Origin: Candidatus Micrarchaeota archaeon
Lineage (GTDB): Archaea; Micrarchaeota; Micrarchaeia; Anstonellales; J096
Direction: 5' to 3'
Assembly: GCA_030550115.1 (NCBI GenBank)
Contig: JAUQPY010000013.1
Span: 1 to 56,257, forward strand
Length of the DNA stretch: 56,257 nucleotides
Below are positions 38,566 through 48,052 of the stretch, piece after piece; the stretch's first letter is position 1, and every line of letters starts with the position of its first letter. The translations under genes and the position numbers were made by a program. A model generated the notes under the pieces. The model saw only the letters and a list, made by a program, of their open reading frames with translations, searched no databases and had not been told where the DNA came from.

Positions 38566-40065
38566 TTAACTTTTGAGTGAAACTATGATCAGTGACACCA
38601 TAGTATATAGGGACAGCTGAATTATCCAATAGGGTGATCTATATATGTTGGACAGCATAGCAATACCACTACCAACTACTATCACTGGAAGATACATAAG
38701 TATTTCTAATTCTATACCGACCATCTCTTTTGTAAACTCATATAGAGAAGAATATATTATGGGTAGAATTATGAATGATATCATAATAGTGTATTTAAAA
38801 GTAGATAGCTCAGCTTCCATCTCCTTTCTAAGATTTAACATATTCACAAACATATCTAACCACTCATTCATTCTATCATGAGATGAAATACCTGAGTAGT
38901 ATATGTACTCAAGATTCTTGATAAAAACTTTAACATATCCGGATGGTAATCTATATAGATAATCGAATATCTCTCTAATAGATACTCCAGAGTTTAACAT
39001 TTTCAGAGTCCTAGATGAAATATCACTCCATTTACCTAAACCTGCATCTTTGACTCTCTTTAGAAACATATTCATATCAAATCTAGGTAACGATGATAAT
39101 ATCAATGAAACCTCTAGAAGATATCTCTCCAATTCTTTTTGAAGCTCTATATTTTGGATATTATGGAAATTATAATATATGTAGATTATAGATACCAATG
39201 TATATAGTAACGCTAGCCATAAGATTTCCATTTGAAAATAGAAAGCTATTATCATAACAAACCAATTCAGAAGGAGAGGGGTAGGATCTGAACTCTGTTG
39301 TATTAAATAATTACTAGGGAATATCAAAGAGATAATATAAATGAATATAAGCAGAATCATGGGTAAGAGAACTGTAAATATAGGTATTATATTCGGTATG
39401 GGTTGTTCGGATGCCAAACTCATTATTGTGACTAGAATAGTATATACAGGAAATAGTAATAATATCACCATATAGAATTGTGATAGTATCTGTAACTTAT
39501 TACTGAATTCTTTCATATCTAACATCTGTTCTCGCAATAATTGCATTCCAAGATGTTTTAGCTCCTTAGGTGATCCTGCTGATATGGAGTTTATGAGCTG
39601 AAATACAGCTATCTGTATTTTTCTATCTTTAAATCTATTGGCAAATGATATGAACACTTCATTAATACTCTCTTTTCCTGTTTCTAATCTATTCATGTAT
39701 GGTTTGAAATACTTAGCTATGGAATTAGTATCATTCGTAGCTAACCTAATAGATTCTAATACATTAAGCCCCAATAACATTCCAGAACCAATATCCAAGA
39801 TGAATTTAGGCAATTCTGAACGAATCTCGTGTATGGTTTTCCTATATAGAAATATTGGATAGAGCAATCCAGCAATAGTTACCAATAATCCTAATAATAA
39901 GAAATATTCAGAAATGAATGATAGAACCAGGGCAAGAAGTATAATTGCCGCAAGAGCTGTTAAGTACTTTGAACTTGATACTGGTATATTTAAAACAATA
40001 AACAACCTATCATAGTATTCAGAATATAATATTGGAGGAAACTGATCTATAAGCTTAGATATCAT
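38566..40065 (-). CDS. type IV pilus / T2SS F-family membrane platform protein (TadC/FlaJ-like)
   Basis: Multiple TMs, two ELPxF-like cytoplasmic domains, downstream of a secretion ATPase. Confidence 0.8.
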   Translation of the reverse strand: MISKLIDQFPPILYSEYYDRLFIVLNIPVSSSKYLTALAAIILLALVLSFISEYFLLLGLLVTIAGLLYPIFLYRKTIHEIRSELPKFILDIGSGMLLGLNVLESIRLATNDTNSIAKYFKPYMNRLETGKESINEVFISFANRFKDRKIQIAVFQLINSISAGSPKELKHLGMQLLREQMLDMKEFSNKLQILSQFYMVILLLFPVYTILVTIMSLASEQPIPNIIPIFTVLLPMILLIFIYIISLIFPSNYLIQQSSDPTPLLLNWFVMIIAFYFQMEILWLALLYTLVSIIYIYYNFHNIQNIELQKELERYLLEVSLILSSLPRFDMNMFLKRVKDAGLGKWSDISSRTLKMLNSGVSIREIFDYLYRLPSGYVKVFIKNLEYIYYSGISSHDRMNEWLDMFVNMLNLRKEMEAELSTFKYTIMISFIILPIIYSSLYEFTKEMVGIELEILMYLPVIVVGSGIAMLSNIYRSPYWIIQLSLYTMVSLIIVSLKS

Positions 40066-41341
40066 AACCTAATATCTCTCTCTGATATTCTAAAAATAGC
40101 TTTGAGAAATCCCCTCTCCTATTTGAAATAAAATCTAGAATTCTGTTATACTTGTATTCTATCCATGTCTGATCTATGTACAATTTTTCCTTAAGAATTT
40201 GGATTATCCCTTCATGATCTATTCCACTATCTAATTTGAATAGTACTCTATTTTCAGGAACATATATCATTTCAATACCTCTTCTTAATTCTACCAATCT
40301 ATTATCAACCTCTCTTAACAATCTTTTTTGTATGATTATGAAATCTATTGCCTCTATATCACTTTTAGATACTCCGTAACTAAGCATTCTACTTACTAAT
40401 TCTCTACTAGAGTGTGCGTGAAATGTTGCATACGTTCCTCTTGCCTGTCCGGATAGGACTACATCTATAAAAGCCTTAACTTCATCCGGTTTACGAACCT
40501 CCCCTACTATTGTTCTATCACTTCGCATTCTAAGTGTATCATATACTAAATCTCTAAAAGATATTCCCAGATCTGTATTCTCTACTAATCTAACTTGCTG
40601 AGGGTGATCAACCCTTATCTCTGGAGTTTCCTCTACAATTACGATTCGATCTCCATATGGTATAAAAGATAATAGAGAATTCAGAAAACTGGTCTTACCA
40701 GATCCGGTATTACCAGCTATTATTACTGATGAGTCTGTTAACATGATGAGTGCTAGATATGCCATCAATTCTTTTGGATATACAGATCTATCTATAAAAT
40801 CCAGATAGCTTAACCTATCCTTTCGTAGGATTCTTATTGTCATTTCACATTCAGAAACAGGATCTATTGTTGCATGGATTCTATAGTTGTCAAGACTTGC
40901 GTTTAGTCTAGGGTTTCTAAGAGTTATTCTTCTATTTGATTTATGAGCTAATCTATTCACAAGATCTATAAAATATTCTCTAGAAGAGATAGCTACATTA
41001 GTAGATTTCCATCCATCTTGATAAACATATATTGGTTTATTCAGTCCTATAACTGCTATTTCCTCAATATTACTCATTTTTAGAATATCCTCTAGATATC
41101 CCAACCCAAGGTAAAATTTGTCTATATATCTAACCATTCTATCGCGTTGAACTGGTTTGAGCATTACTCTATTTTTGGCCGCAAAATCATCCAGTAGCAC
41201 ACCTATCCTACTATGATCTATATTCTCCCTAACGATTAAATCCTGTAGGAATTCTTGAATAAAGAGATATTCGTCTTTGGATAATTGTACTGTATCTAAC
41301 TTTATATCCCCTCCTTCTAGAACCCTCCAACTAGAGTTCAT
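40055..41341 (-). CDS. type II/IV secretion ATPase (TadA/VirB11/FlaI-like)
   Basis: GNTGSGKTS, VEETPEI, LRMRSDRTIVGEVR, ATFHA. Confidence 0.92.
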   Translation of the reverse strand: MNSSWRVLEGGDIKLDTVQLSKDEYLFIQEFLQDLIVRENIDHSRIGVLLDDFAAKNRVMLKPVQRDRMVRYIDKFYLGLGYLEDILKMSNIEEIAVIGLNKPIYVYQDGWKSTNVAISSREYFIDLVNRLAHKSNRRITLRNPRLNASLDNYRIHATIDPVSECEMTIRILRKDRLSYLDFIDRSVYPKELMAYLALIMLTDSSVIIAGNTGSGKTSFLNSLLSFIPYGDRIVIVEETPEIRVDHPQQVRLVENTDLGISFRDLVYDTLRMRSDRTIVGEVRKPDEVKAFIDVVLSGQARGTYATFHAHSSRELVSRMLSYGVSKSDIEAIDFIIIQKRLLREVDNRLVELRRGIEMIYVPENRVLFKLDSGIDHEGIIQILKEKLYIDQTWIEYKYNRILDFISNRRGDFSKLFLEYQREILGYDI

Positions 41342-41736
41342 GAGATATTGAACTCTTCTCTCAATATCTTACTTGCCCTCTGATTATCATTAGTGTCTAC
41401 CATCAGATACGTTTTCCCACCTACTCTATCTATAACATTAGAAGATCTTATCTCTATATTGTTATCCACCAACATTCTAACCATTTTTGCTAATTGTCCT
41501 GGCCTATCATCCAACTCCACTATTATAGAATCACTCTGTACAACGTTCCATCTTGTGTTAGCAATCTCTTTGGCCTTATCAAAATCCTTATCCTCCAATA
41601 GCAGAGATATTATCATTACCTCTCCAACATTGTATGTTCTTATACTAGCTATGTTGATGTTGTTATCAGCCATAGCTGATGCTACCTCTAACAATAGGAA
41701 AGGTCTGTAATGTTCAATTATCTTAAGTTCTCGCAT
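41338..41736 (-). CDS. tandem ACT-domain protein
   Basis: Two ACT repeats (HYRPFLL...NINI; DDRPGQLA...NIEI); start at ATG 41736. Confidence 0.8.
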   Translation of the reverse strand: MRELKIIEHYRPFLLLEVASAMADNNINIASIRTYNVGEVMIISLLLEDKDFDKAKEIANTRWNVVQSDSIIVELDDRPGQLAKMVRMLVDNNIEIRSSNVIDRVGGKTYLMVDTNDNQRASKILREEFNIS

Positions 41737-41789
41737 AACAAATATTATTATAAATCGTATTTTTAAATAGTTTCGCGTATATATATAAC

Positions 41790-42323
41790 ATGGAAAATGA
41801 TTTAATTTTAGAATTGAGAAAATTACTTGATGAAAATGATGTGAGAAAAATTTTGGTTGATGAGTTGGGGGAAGGATCATTACAGATAATTCAATATTTT
41901 ATGAACTCTCCTGTCGATAAGGCGTTCACAGATGATCAAATAGCTAGAGATCTTAATATGCCTGTGAAGGAGGTTAGAGAGGTGTTAAATCAAATGTACA
42001 ATTACGGGATTACTATGTATGAGAAGCATAGTGATGTTAGACCAGGTTGGTATGAATTCTACTGGAAGCCTGATCTTCAGGAGTTGATAATATGGATAAG
42101 GAAGAACACTTATGACAAATTGGAAACTTTGAAAAATAGATTAGCATTAGGAGAGGAATTGTATTATTGTAAAAATTGCTCTAGTAGATTTGATCTGAAA
42201 GTATATGATTTTGAGAAGGCTATGAACCTGCACTATAGATGTGAGGTATGTAATGGAAATCTTATGCTACTGGATGAAGATATTGTGATAAATTACGAGA
42301 GATCTGGTGAAGATGATAAGTAG
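41790..42323 (+). CDS. tfe: transcription factor E (TFE alpha), paralogue 1
   Basis: TDDQIA...VREVLNQMY...GWYEFYW winged helix; YYCxxC...FExAMxxxYxCxxC Zn ribbon. Confidence 0.85.
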   Translation: MENDLILELRKLLDENDVRKILVDELGEGSLQIIQYFMNSPVDKAFTDDQIARDLNMPVKEVREVLNQMYNYGITMYEKHSDVRPGWYEFYWKPDLQELIIWIRKNTYDKLETLKNRLALGEELYYCKNCSSRFDLKVYDFEKAMNLHYRCEVCNGNLMLLDEDIVINYERSGEDDK

Positions 42324-42822
42324 AAATGCAAGATTAGATGAACTCCTTGAGTTAAATATTGTTCGAAAGAGAATTGTAGATGATTTTGGAGAGGATGCAA
42401 TCCAACTCATAAGATATATGCGTGGTAGATCAGAGGTTAGTGATGCCAACATCGTCCAGGATACGGGAATACCTGAGAAATCTGTTCAGAAGAGCTTGCT
42501 CAAAATGCAAGATAGGAATGTGATGGATTGTAAGAAACTCGTTGATGATAAAGGATATATAACATACCTATGGTCTCTTGATGAGAATGGTCTTCTGGAA
42601 TATCTGGAGAAGAATGTCTTTGGTGTATTTGATGAACTCATTATTCAGTTGGAAGAGGGGGTTGAGCTCTATTATTGCTCTTCCTGTTCCAAAGAGAGTC
42701 CTTTGTATTTCAGCTATGAGGATTCTTTAGCTTATAAATTTAAATGCCCAAATTGTGGATCCAAATTAGAACCACTGACACCTGAAATCGTTCACAAGCT
42801 TAAGGAAGAATATATGAAATGA
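42313..42822 (+). CDS. transcription factor E (TFE alpha)-like protein, paralogue 2
   Basis: SDANI...VQKSLLKM...GYITYLW; YYCSSC...YEDSLAYKFKCPNCG. Confidence 0.8.
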   Translation: MISRNARLDELLELNIVRKRIVDDFGEDAIQLIRYMRGRSEVSDANIVQDTGIPEKSVQKSLLKMQDRNVMDCKKLVDDKGYITYLWSLDENGLLEYLEKNVFGVFDELIIQLEEGVELYYCSSCSKESPLYFSYEDSLAYKFKCPNCGSKLEPLTPEIVHKLKEEYMK

Positions 42823-42850
42823 TTTTAAACATTATTCGGATATTCAATTC

Positions 42851-43471
42851 ATGGAATACCCTTATAGAGTTGGGGCAATAAACAGAGGAGGAAGAAACTA
42901 TATTCTAAGGCTATATCCTATTCAGAGGGGACTTGAGTATCTCCCTGGACAGTTTATAAATATTTTGTATTCTAATTTGGAAAGATCCTACTCTATAGCA
43001 TCCCATCCTAGCTATCCATATTTAGAACTGTTCATTACAAATATCGGTGGAGCTTTTACTTCTAAGCTGGATGAACTCTATGGAAAAGAAGTTATAGTAA
43101 AAGGACCATACGGTAGATTTACGTATCATAATCAGAAAAGCGCAGTTTTCATTTCTACAGGATCAGGAATCGCTCCTATTATGAGCATCCTTAGACATAT
43201 TTACTCATCTGAGCTAGAAGGAGATTTTTATTTATTCTCAAGCTTTAGATTTAGGGAAGAGAATTTATATGAATCTGAGCTTAGATTGATGTCTAGGCTT
43301 GGATTGAATATAGATATAAGATATACTGGTGAAGGAGATAGTAGATTTAATATAGAAGATTTTAGAGAATACAAAGAAATAGATATGTATTTATGTGGTA
43401 ATAGGGAGTTCATTATGAATATAGTTAGAGAGCTAAAACCCAGAAGAGTATTTGTGGAAACATGGGGTTAG
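42851..43471 (+). CDS. FAD/NAD(P)-binding oxidoreductase (ferredoxin-NADP reductase family)
   Basis: PGQF, RSYSIAS, GPYG, TGSGIAP, YLCG, ETW. Confidence 0.9.
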   Translation: MEYPYRVGAINRGGRNYILRLYPIQRGLEYLPGQFINILYSNLERSYSIASHPSYPYLELFITNIGGAFTSKLDELYGKEVIVKGPYGRFTYHNQKSAVFISTGSGIAPIMSILRHIYSSELEGDFYLFSSFRFREENLYESELRLMSRLGLNIDIRYTGEGDSRFNIEDFREYKEIDMYLCGNREFIMNIVRELKPRRVFVETWG

Positions 43472-44646
43472 AGTTCTTAGATCGATTAAAGAACGAGCTA
43501 AAACCAGATACGGAGGAGGCTTTAAGAGTGGCTCAGAGTATAAAGAGTCTTCTAGGGCTTGATCTGAAGCTATACGGATCCGTAGCGAAGGGTACTAATC
43601 TCAGAGGAGATTATGATCTGGATATGTTCTACGAAACCAATGGTGATAAACATAAGGGATTTGAAGAGATTCTAAATGCTGTAAAGGTCAGAGGTTTGGA
43701 TTACATGATAAAATATTCTGAACATCCATACGTAAAGGTAAGGTATATGGGATATAATATTGATCTAGTACCCATATCCTCTACCCATCGTAGTGCTGTG
43801 GATAGAACTCCACTTCATTATAGATATGTAATATCAAAATTAGATGACAATAAGAGAGATGAAGTTAGATTGTTAAAGAGGTTTATGAAGACTTTAGGGT
43901 TGTATGGGGCTGATAATCGAGTGAATGGTTTCTCCGGATACCTATGTGAATTACTGATAATTAAATATGGGGATTTCCTATCAGTATTGGAATCTGCGAG
44001 CAAATGGAAAATACCGGTTAGAATTGAGCTAGAGACCAAATCTGAAAGAGAATTCTCCGATCCTATGATTGTGATAGACCCAACAGATGCTAATAGAAAT
44101 GCTGGAGCAGCTGTATCTCTATCAACACTATCTAGGTTTATTATATATTCTAAAGGATTTATCAAATCCCCTTCTGAGCAGTATTTCCATATAGGAAGGG
44201 AGAATAGATCTGGTGAATTTGGGGTACTTCTAAGCAATCCATATGAATTAGAGGATAAATCATATGGTATGTTAAGGAGAATTGGTAAGGCCTGGAGAGA
44301 TTATCTGGAGAAGAATAAGATATTCATAGAGTATCTTCATGTTTTGGTTAGAGATAAATATGCATACATAGGAGGAATCCCAATTATGTCTAAGATACAG
44401 TATGCAGAACTAACCCCTGGACCATCTGTGGATATCTTTGAAAGATTGGAAACAGGATATTTGAAAGATGAAAGATTTTATATTCCAAGATATTTTATAA
44501 ATGACATAGACAATCTGACAGAGAAATTTATATCTGATCACAATTTAAGAGGATTCTCTGTTATAAAAATAGGATACGATTTACCTGAGTTTAGAGATAT
44601 GTTAGAAGTGGAATATTGGAGAGAGAAGATGTTACTCAGGATCTAA
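43462..44646 (+). CDS. cca: CCA-adding enzyme (class I)
   Basis: GSVAKGTNLRGDYDLD, EHPY, SAVDRTPLH, GFSGYLCELL, DPTDxxRN. Confidence 0.93.
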   Translation: MGLEFLDRLKNELKPDTEEALRVAQSIKSLLGLDLKLYGSVAKGTNLRGDYDLDMFYETNGDKHKGFEEILNAVKVRGLDYMIKYSEHPYVKVRYMGYNIDLVPISSTHRSAVDRTPLHYRYVISKLDDNKRDEVRLLKRFMKTLGLYGADNRVNGFSGYLCELLIIKYGDFLSVLESASKWKIPVRIELETKSEREFSDPMIVIDPTDANRNAGAAVSLSTLSRFIIYSKGFIKSPSEQYFHIGRENRSGEFGVLLSNPYELEDKSYGMLRRIGKAWRDYLEKNKIFIEYLHVLVRDKYAYIGGIPIMSKIQYAELTPGPSVDIFERLETGYLKDERFYIPRYFINDIDNLTEKFISDHNLRGFSVIKIGYDLPEFRDMLEVEYWREKMLLRI

Positions 44647-45409
44647 TCGTGTATTCTCCAGCAGGCAATCTGCTTAGAAACTCATCTGGATGGAGGTTAT
44701 AATATTTCGCTAATCTCTTAGCTAGTTCCCCCTTAGAAAATTTTGTCCCAGGCATGAGAATGATCTGTTTATCCAGAGGAGATTTATAATACTCTGAAAC
44801 TATAAGCAATTTACCATTACTGATACCAAGTTTGAGTGATAGAGGTGTATTCTTGTACCATTCTCTTTCACCCTTTATCAAAAAACCGCCTGTACCTAGA
44901 TAACCTTCCATACTACTCTTAGTTACTTGATCAGCTTTTACACAATACACATTCACATAACCTATCCCCTCTTTCCAGGCTCTACTATAGCTAGCAGCAA
45001 GCTGTGCCACCTCCAACCTCTCATCTAAATCTGATTGAATGCCATTCAGCATGATAACAGCTGCAGATCCTTTAATATCAGCATGAAAGAACAGATCGCT
45101 ATCCTTTAGATAGTTACGAACCAGGAATTCGTTCTGCCGTTCATCTTTGCCTATTAGCACTAACTTACCAGATGAGGTTAGACTCCAATTGAATCTCTCA
45201 TACCATTCCTTCTCTACAATCACTCTCTTCTGGCTCTCAATCTCTCTGGCCTGTTCCTCCAACCTTCTCTTCTCCTCAGCAATCTTCCTATCAATTTCCT
45301 GTAGAGCAGCTCTCATTCCATCCAGCTTCTTTCTTAATTCCTTAGCTAGTTCGAAATATCTGACAGCATTCTGATATGCATCCAATTCTGTATCTAGCTC
45401 TATTTTCAT
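44636..45409 (-). CDS. short NFACT/Rqc2-like protein (coiled coil plus NFACT-R)
   Basis: QNAVRYFELAK, EWYERF, GKDERQNE, FFHADIKGS, YSRAW, GGFLIKGER. Confidence 0.85.
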   Translation of the reverse strand: MKIELDTELDAYQNAVRYFELAKELRKKLDGMRAALQEIDRKIAEEKRRLEEQAREIESQKRVIVEKEWYERFNWSLTSSGKLVLIGKDERQNEFLVRNYLKDSDLFFHADIKGSAAVIMLNGIQSDLDERLEVAQLAASYSRAWKEGIGYVNVYCVKADQVTKSSMEGYLGTGGFLIKGEREWYKNTPLSLKLGISNGKLLIVSEYYKSPLDKQIILMPGTKFSKGELAKRLAKYYNLHPDEFLSRLPAGEYTIRS

Positions 45410-46086
45410 CTTCCAAAATTCCTCTCTCTGGTCTGAAATTCATTTAATATCTTAATATAATCCTCTCTGGTAAAATCTGGCCATAATTTCTCCAAGAAGA
45501 ACCATTCTGAATACTCAGATTGTATTGGTAGAAAGCCCGAGGTTCTTATCCTGCCTCCGGTTCTTATTATTATATCAGGCTTGGATTTCAGCATAAGGTT
45601 CTTTTCCAGACTATCTAGATCTATTTTTTCTGAATTAACTAACTTACGAACAGCACTTAGTATCTCAATTCTACCATTATAGAATAGCAAAATATTTACC
45701 TTATATTTTTCACCATTTAATTGATTGTTTATCAACTCTATATACTCTCTTTCCTCATCTGTTAACTCTTCAAAATATCCATAAACCTTCAGGTTTATAT
45801 CTTTTAATATAGGATAAGTTGTCATAATCTCATCCTTCCTATTCTTATTCTCCTCGTAATACCTATTAACAATTCTTTTTATACTATCTAGAACCTCTCT
45901 ATCTCTGTTCTTATAATTATCATAACTCATTCCCCACCCAGTTATCTCGGTGATTCCCAGTTCTATAGACCACTTGACGAACTCTGCAAACTTCTTTATC
46001 CCGGCCTCATAGCCCTCTTCTAGACTCAGTCCTCTGCTTCTAGCCCATCTTCTATTACCATCTGGAATTACAGCAACATGCATCAT
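45406..46086 (-). CDS. uppS: cis-isoprenyl diphosphate synthase
   Basis: HVAVIPDGNRRWA, YNGR, PDIIIRTGG.RTSGFL, LWPDF, RERNFG. Confidence 0.95.
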   Translation of the reverse strand: MMHVAVIPDGNRRWARSRGLSLEEGYEAGIKKFAEFVKWSIELGITEITGWGMSYDNYKNRDREVLDSIKRIVNRYYEENKNRKDEIMTTYPILKDINLKVYGYFEELTDEEREYIELINNQLNGEKYKVNILLFYNGRIEILSAVRKLVNSEKIDLDSLEKNLMLKSKPDIIIRTGGRIRTSGFLPIQSEYSEWFFLEKLWPDFTREDYIKILNEFQTRERNFGR

Positions 46087-46114
46087 TTAAATAGGAATAG
46101 AATCATTAAAAAAT

Positions 46115-46636
46115 ATGATTGTTGTCGTAAGATTAGGGCACAGGATAGTTAGGGATCAGAGAATAACTTCACACTGTGCTCTGGTTGCAAGAGCATTTGG
46201 AGCATCAAAATTTATTTATTCTGGAGACAAGGATACAGCCCTTGAAAATAGTATTAGGAATGTGGAGTCAAGGTGGGGGCAGGCGATGGAGATAGAGTAT
46301 TCTGATAACATCATGAAAACTCTCAGAAATTACAAGGAATCTGGGTATGTCCTTATTCATTTAACTATGTATGGAATACCTGTAGAGGAGAGAATCCAGA
46401 CTCTAAAATCTCTAGACAAGATGGTTATAATAATAGGTGGCAGTAGAGTCCCCAGGGAAATCTATACGATTTCTGATTATAACATTGCAATAGGTAATCA
46501 ACCTCATAGTGAAGTAGCAGCTTTGGGGATTATGTTGCACATTTTAGGTAAGAGAGCAGAGTTCAAGAATCCCAAACTAATTATAATTCCTTCGGAAAAT
46601 GGGAAGAGAGTTATCCGAAACGATTTGAAGCAATAG
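46115..46636 (+). CDS. trm56: tRNA (cytidine(56)-2'-O)-methyltransferase
   Basis: RLGHR..RDQRITSH..LVARAFGA, HLTMYG, NQPHSEVAAL. Confidence 0.93.
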   Translation: MIVVVRLGHRIVRDQRITSHCALVARAFGASKFIYSGDKDTALENSIRNVESRWGQAMEIEYSDNIMKTLRNYKESGYVLIHLTMYGIPVEERIQTLKSLDKMVIIIGGSRVPREIYTISDYNIAIGNQPHSEVAALGIMLHILGKRAEFKNPKLIIIPSENGKRVIRNDLKQ

Positions 46637-47015
46637 CTATTATTTGAGAGATTGTCTCTATCATCCGATCTAATTTGCTTTTATATAGATTTTCCAGAAA
46701 TGATTTCAAAGGCTGATCTACAGTTTCTCCTAAGAAGTAAGCTTTATTCTCCCTATTTACTATGCCTAACCCCTGTAATCTTTTCATATGGTAATACAGA
46801 GATTTTCTATTCAATCTAGATTCTATGTATAATTGATCTATTGTAACATGTGTTCTTGATAGTTTTGCCTCTATCAATCTTCTGATTATGTATCTAACCA
46901 CTTTGCTACGACCTAGGCCTAATATATCTGCTAAAAGATTAGATATATCCTCTATTGAATTTATTCTACTAGCATCTGGATAGATAGGTTTGATAGGAAT
47001 TTTTAAATATTTCAT
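46611..47015 (-). CDS. winged helix-turn-helix protein
   Basis: LNRKSLYYHMKRLQGLGIV; start trimmed to ATG 47015 because the longer ORF runs antisense through a tRNA. Confidence 0.7.
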   Translation of the reverse strand: MKYLKIPIKPIYPDASRINSIEDISNLLADILGLGRSKVVRYIIRRLIEAKLSRTHVTIDQLYIESRLNRKSLYYHMKRLQGLGIVNRENKAYFLGETVDQPLKSFLENLYKSKLDRMIETISQIIAIASNRFG

Positions 47016-47069
47016 AGATGAATATTTATTATGATATTTTTTAAAATACAGATCTGAAAAATAAATTGA

Positions 47070-47155
47070 GCAGGGGTAGCCAAGTCTGGTCAAAGGCGCC
47101 AGGCTTAAGACCTGGTCCCGTTGTGGGTTCGTGGGTTCAAATCCCACCCCCTGCA
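47070..47155 (+). tRNA. tRNA-Leu (UAA)
   Basis: GCAGGGG/CCCCTGC stem, CCAGG CTTAAGA CCTGG arm, long variable arm. Confidence 0.95.
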
Positions 47156-47173
47156 CATTGCTGTATTCATAAC

Positions 47174-48016
47174 CTATTTTGTTTTTATTAGATCTTTGGC
47201 CGTCAACACACTTTTTTCCTTGTCCTTGATCTCAAACATTATTTTTGGATTATACTCCTCTACATTTCTATAGAATTGAAGAAAATCATGAACATCTATT
47301 GTATCGGCATGTCTTCCTCTATCATCACCAGAACTGTAGTCTATAATCAGATTATCTTTTAGAATATCTAAAATCTCCTGTAATGAGTAATTCGACGGAT
47401 TTATCCTATCATGATATACATCAAATACAATATGCGCTCCTGTAGATCTTGCTATCTTTAGAACATCTTCAAAATTATATAATCTATCATCATTCTCAAT
47501 AGCCAATCTTCTTCTTACTTTATAGGGTAAGCTATTATAAGAATTTATAAATCTATTTATAGCTTCAGCTTTGTTATCGAAAATTCCCCCGATATGTATC
47601 TGTATCAAACCCTCTATTTTCATTAAATCCAATAGATCTGCGTGCCACTCTAATTCTCTTATGCTTCTCCGAATTACATCCTGATTTTTAGAGTTGAGAA
47701 CTACATATTGTCCAGGATGCATGGTAATGAAAAATTCTTGTTCTCTTATAAATTCGCCAAGTTCCTCTAGTTGATCTCTAAATTCATCCTGCCAATTAAA
47801 ATCAAAAATATCATGGCTTGCGAATGGGATGAACTGAGAACCTAATCTAAAAAATTTAATATCATATCTAAGATTAAACTTCAAAATATCCCAGAAATGA
47901 TCTATATTCTTTTGCACAGTCTCTCTTACTTTCTGATGACTGTATGAACTAAGTTTAAACGTATTGTTTGTAGATCTTTTGATAGTATAATTCACACATG
48001 GATAACCAATGTACAT
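47174..48016 (-). CDS. uvsE: UV DNA damage endonuclease
   Basis: IGYPCVN, FFRLGS..IPFASH, MHPGQYVVLNS, IHIGG, LAIENDD, FDVYH, EIKDKE. Confidence 0.92.
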   Translation of the reverse strand: MYIGYPCVNYTIKRSTNNTFKLSSYSHQKVRETVQKNIDHFWDILKFNLRYDIKFFRLGSQFIPFASHDIFDFNWQDEFRDQLEELGEFIREQEFFITMHPGQYVVLNSKNQDVIRRSIRELEWHADLLDLMKIEGLIQIHIGGIFDNKAEAINRFINSYNSLPYKVRRRLAIENDDRLYNFEDVLKIARSTGAHIVFDVYHDRINPSNYSLQEILDILKDNLIIDYSSGDDRGRHADTIDVHDFLQFYRNVEEYNPKIMFEIKDKEKSVLTAKDLIKTK

Positions 48017-48052
48017 ATAAACTTTTTAATTCAAAACATCTATTTTAAATCA

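Noticed and set aside
26219..47155. Identical 26-bp 3' ends of the two tRNA-Leu genes as attL/attR of an integrated element
   Set aside because: Both are complete tRNAs in inverted orientation, the region between holds core genes, and there is no integrase.
47016..47156. N-terminal extension of ORF 46611..47156
   Set aside because: It is the antisense of tRNA-Leu(UAA); the likely start is 47015.
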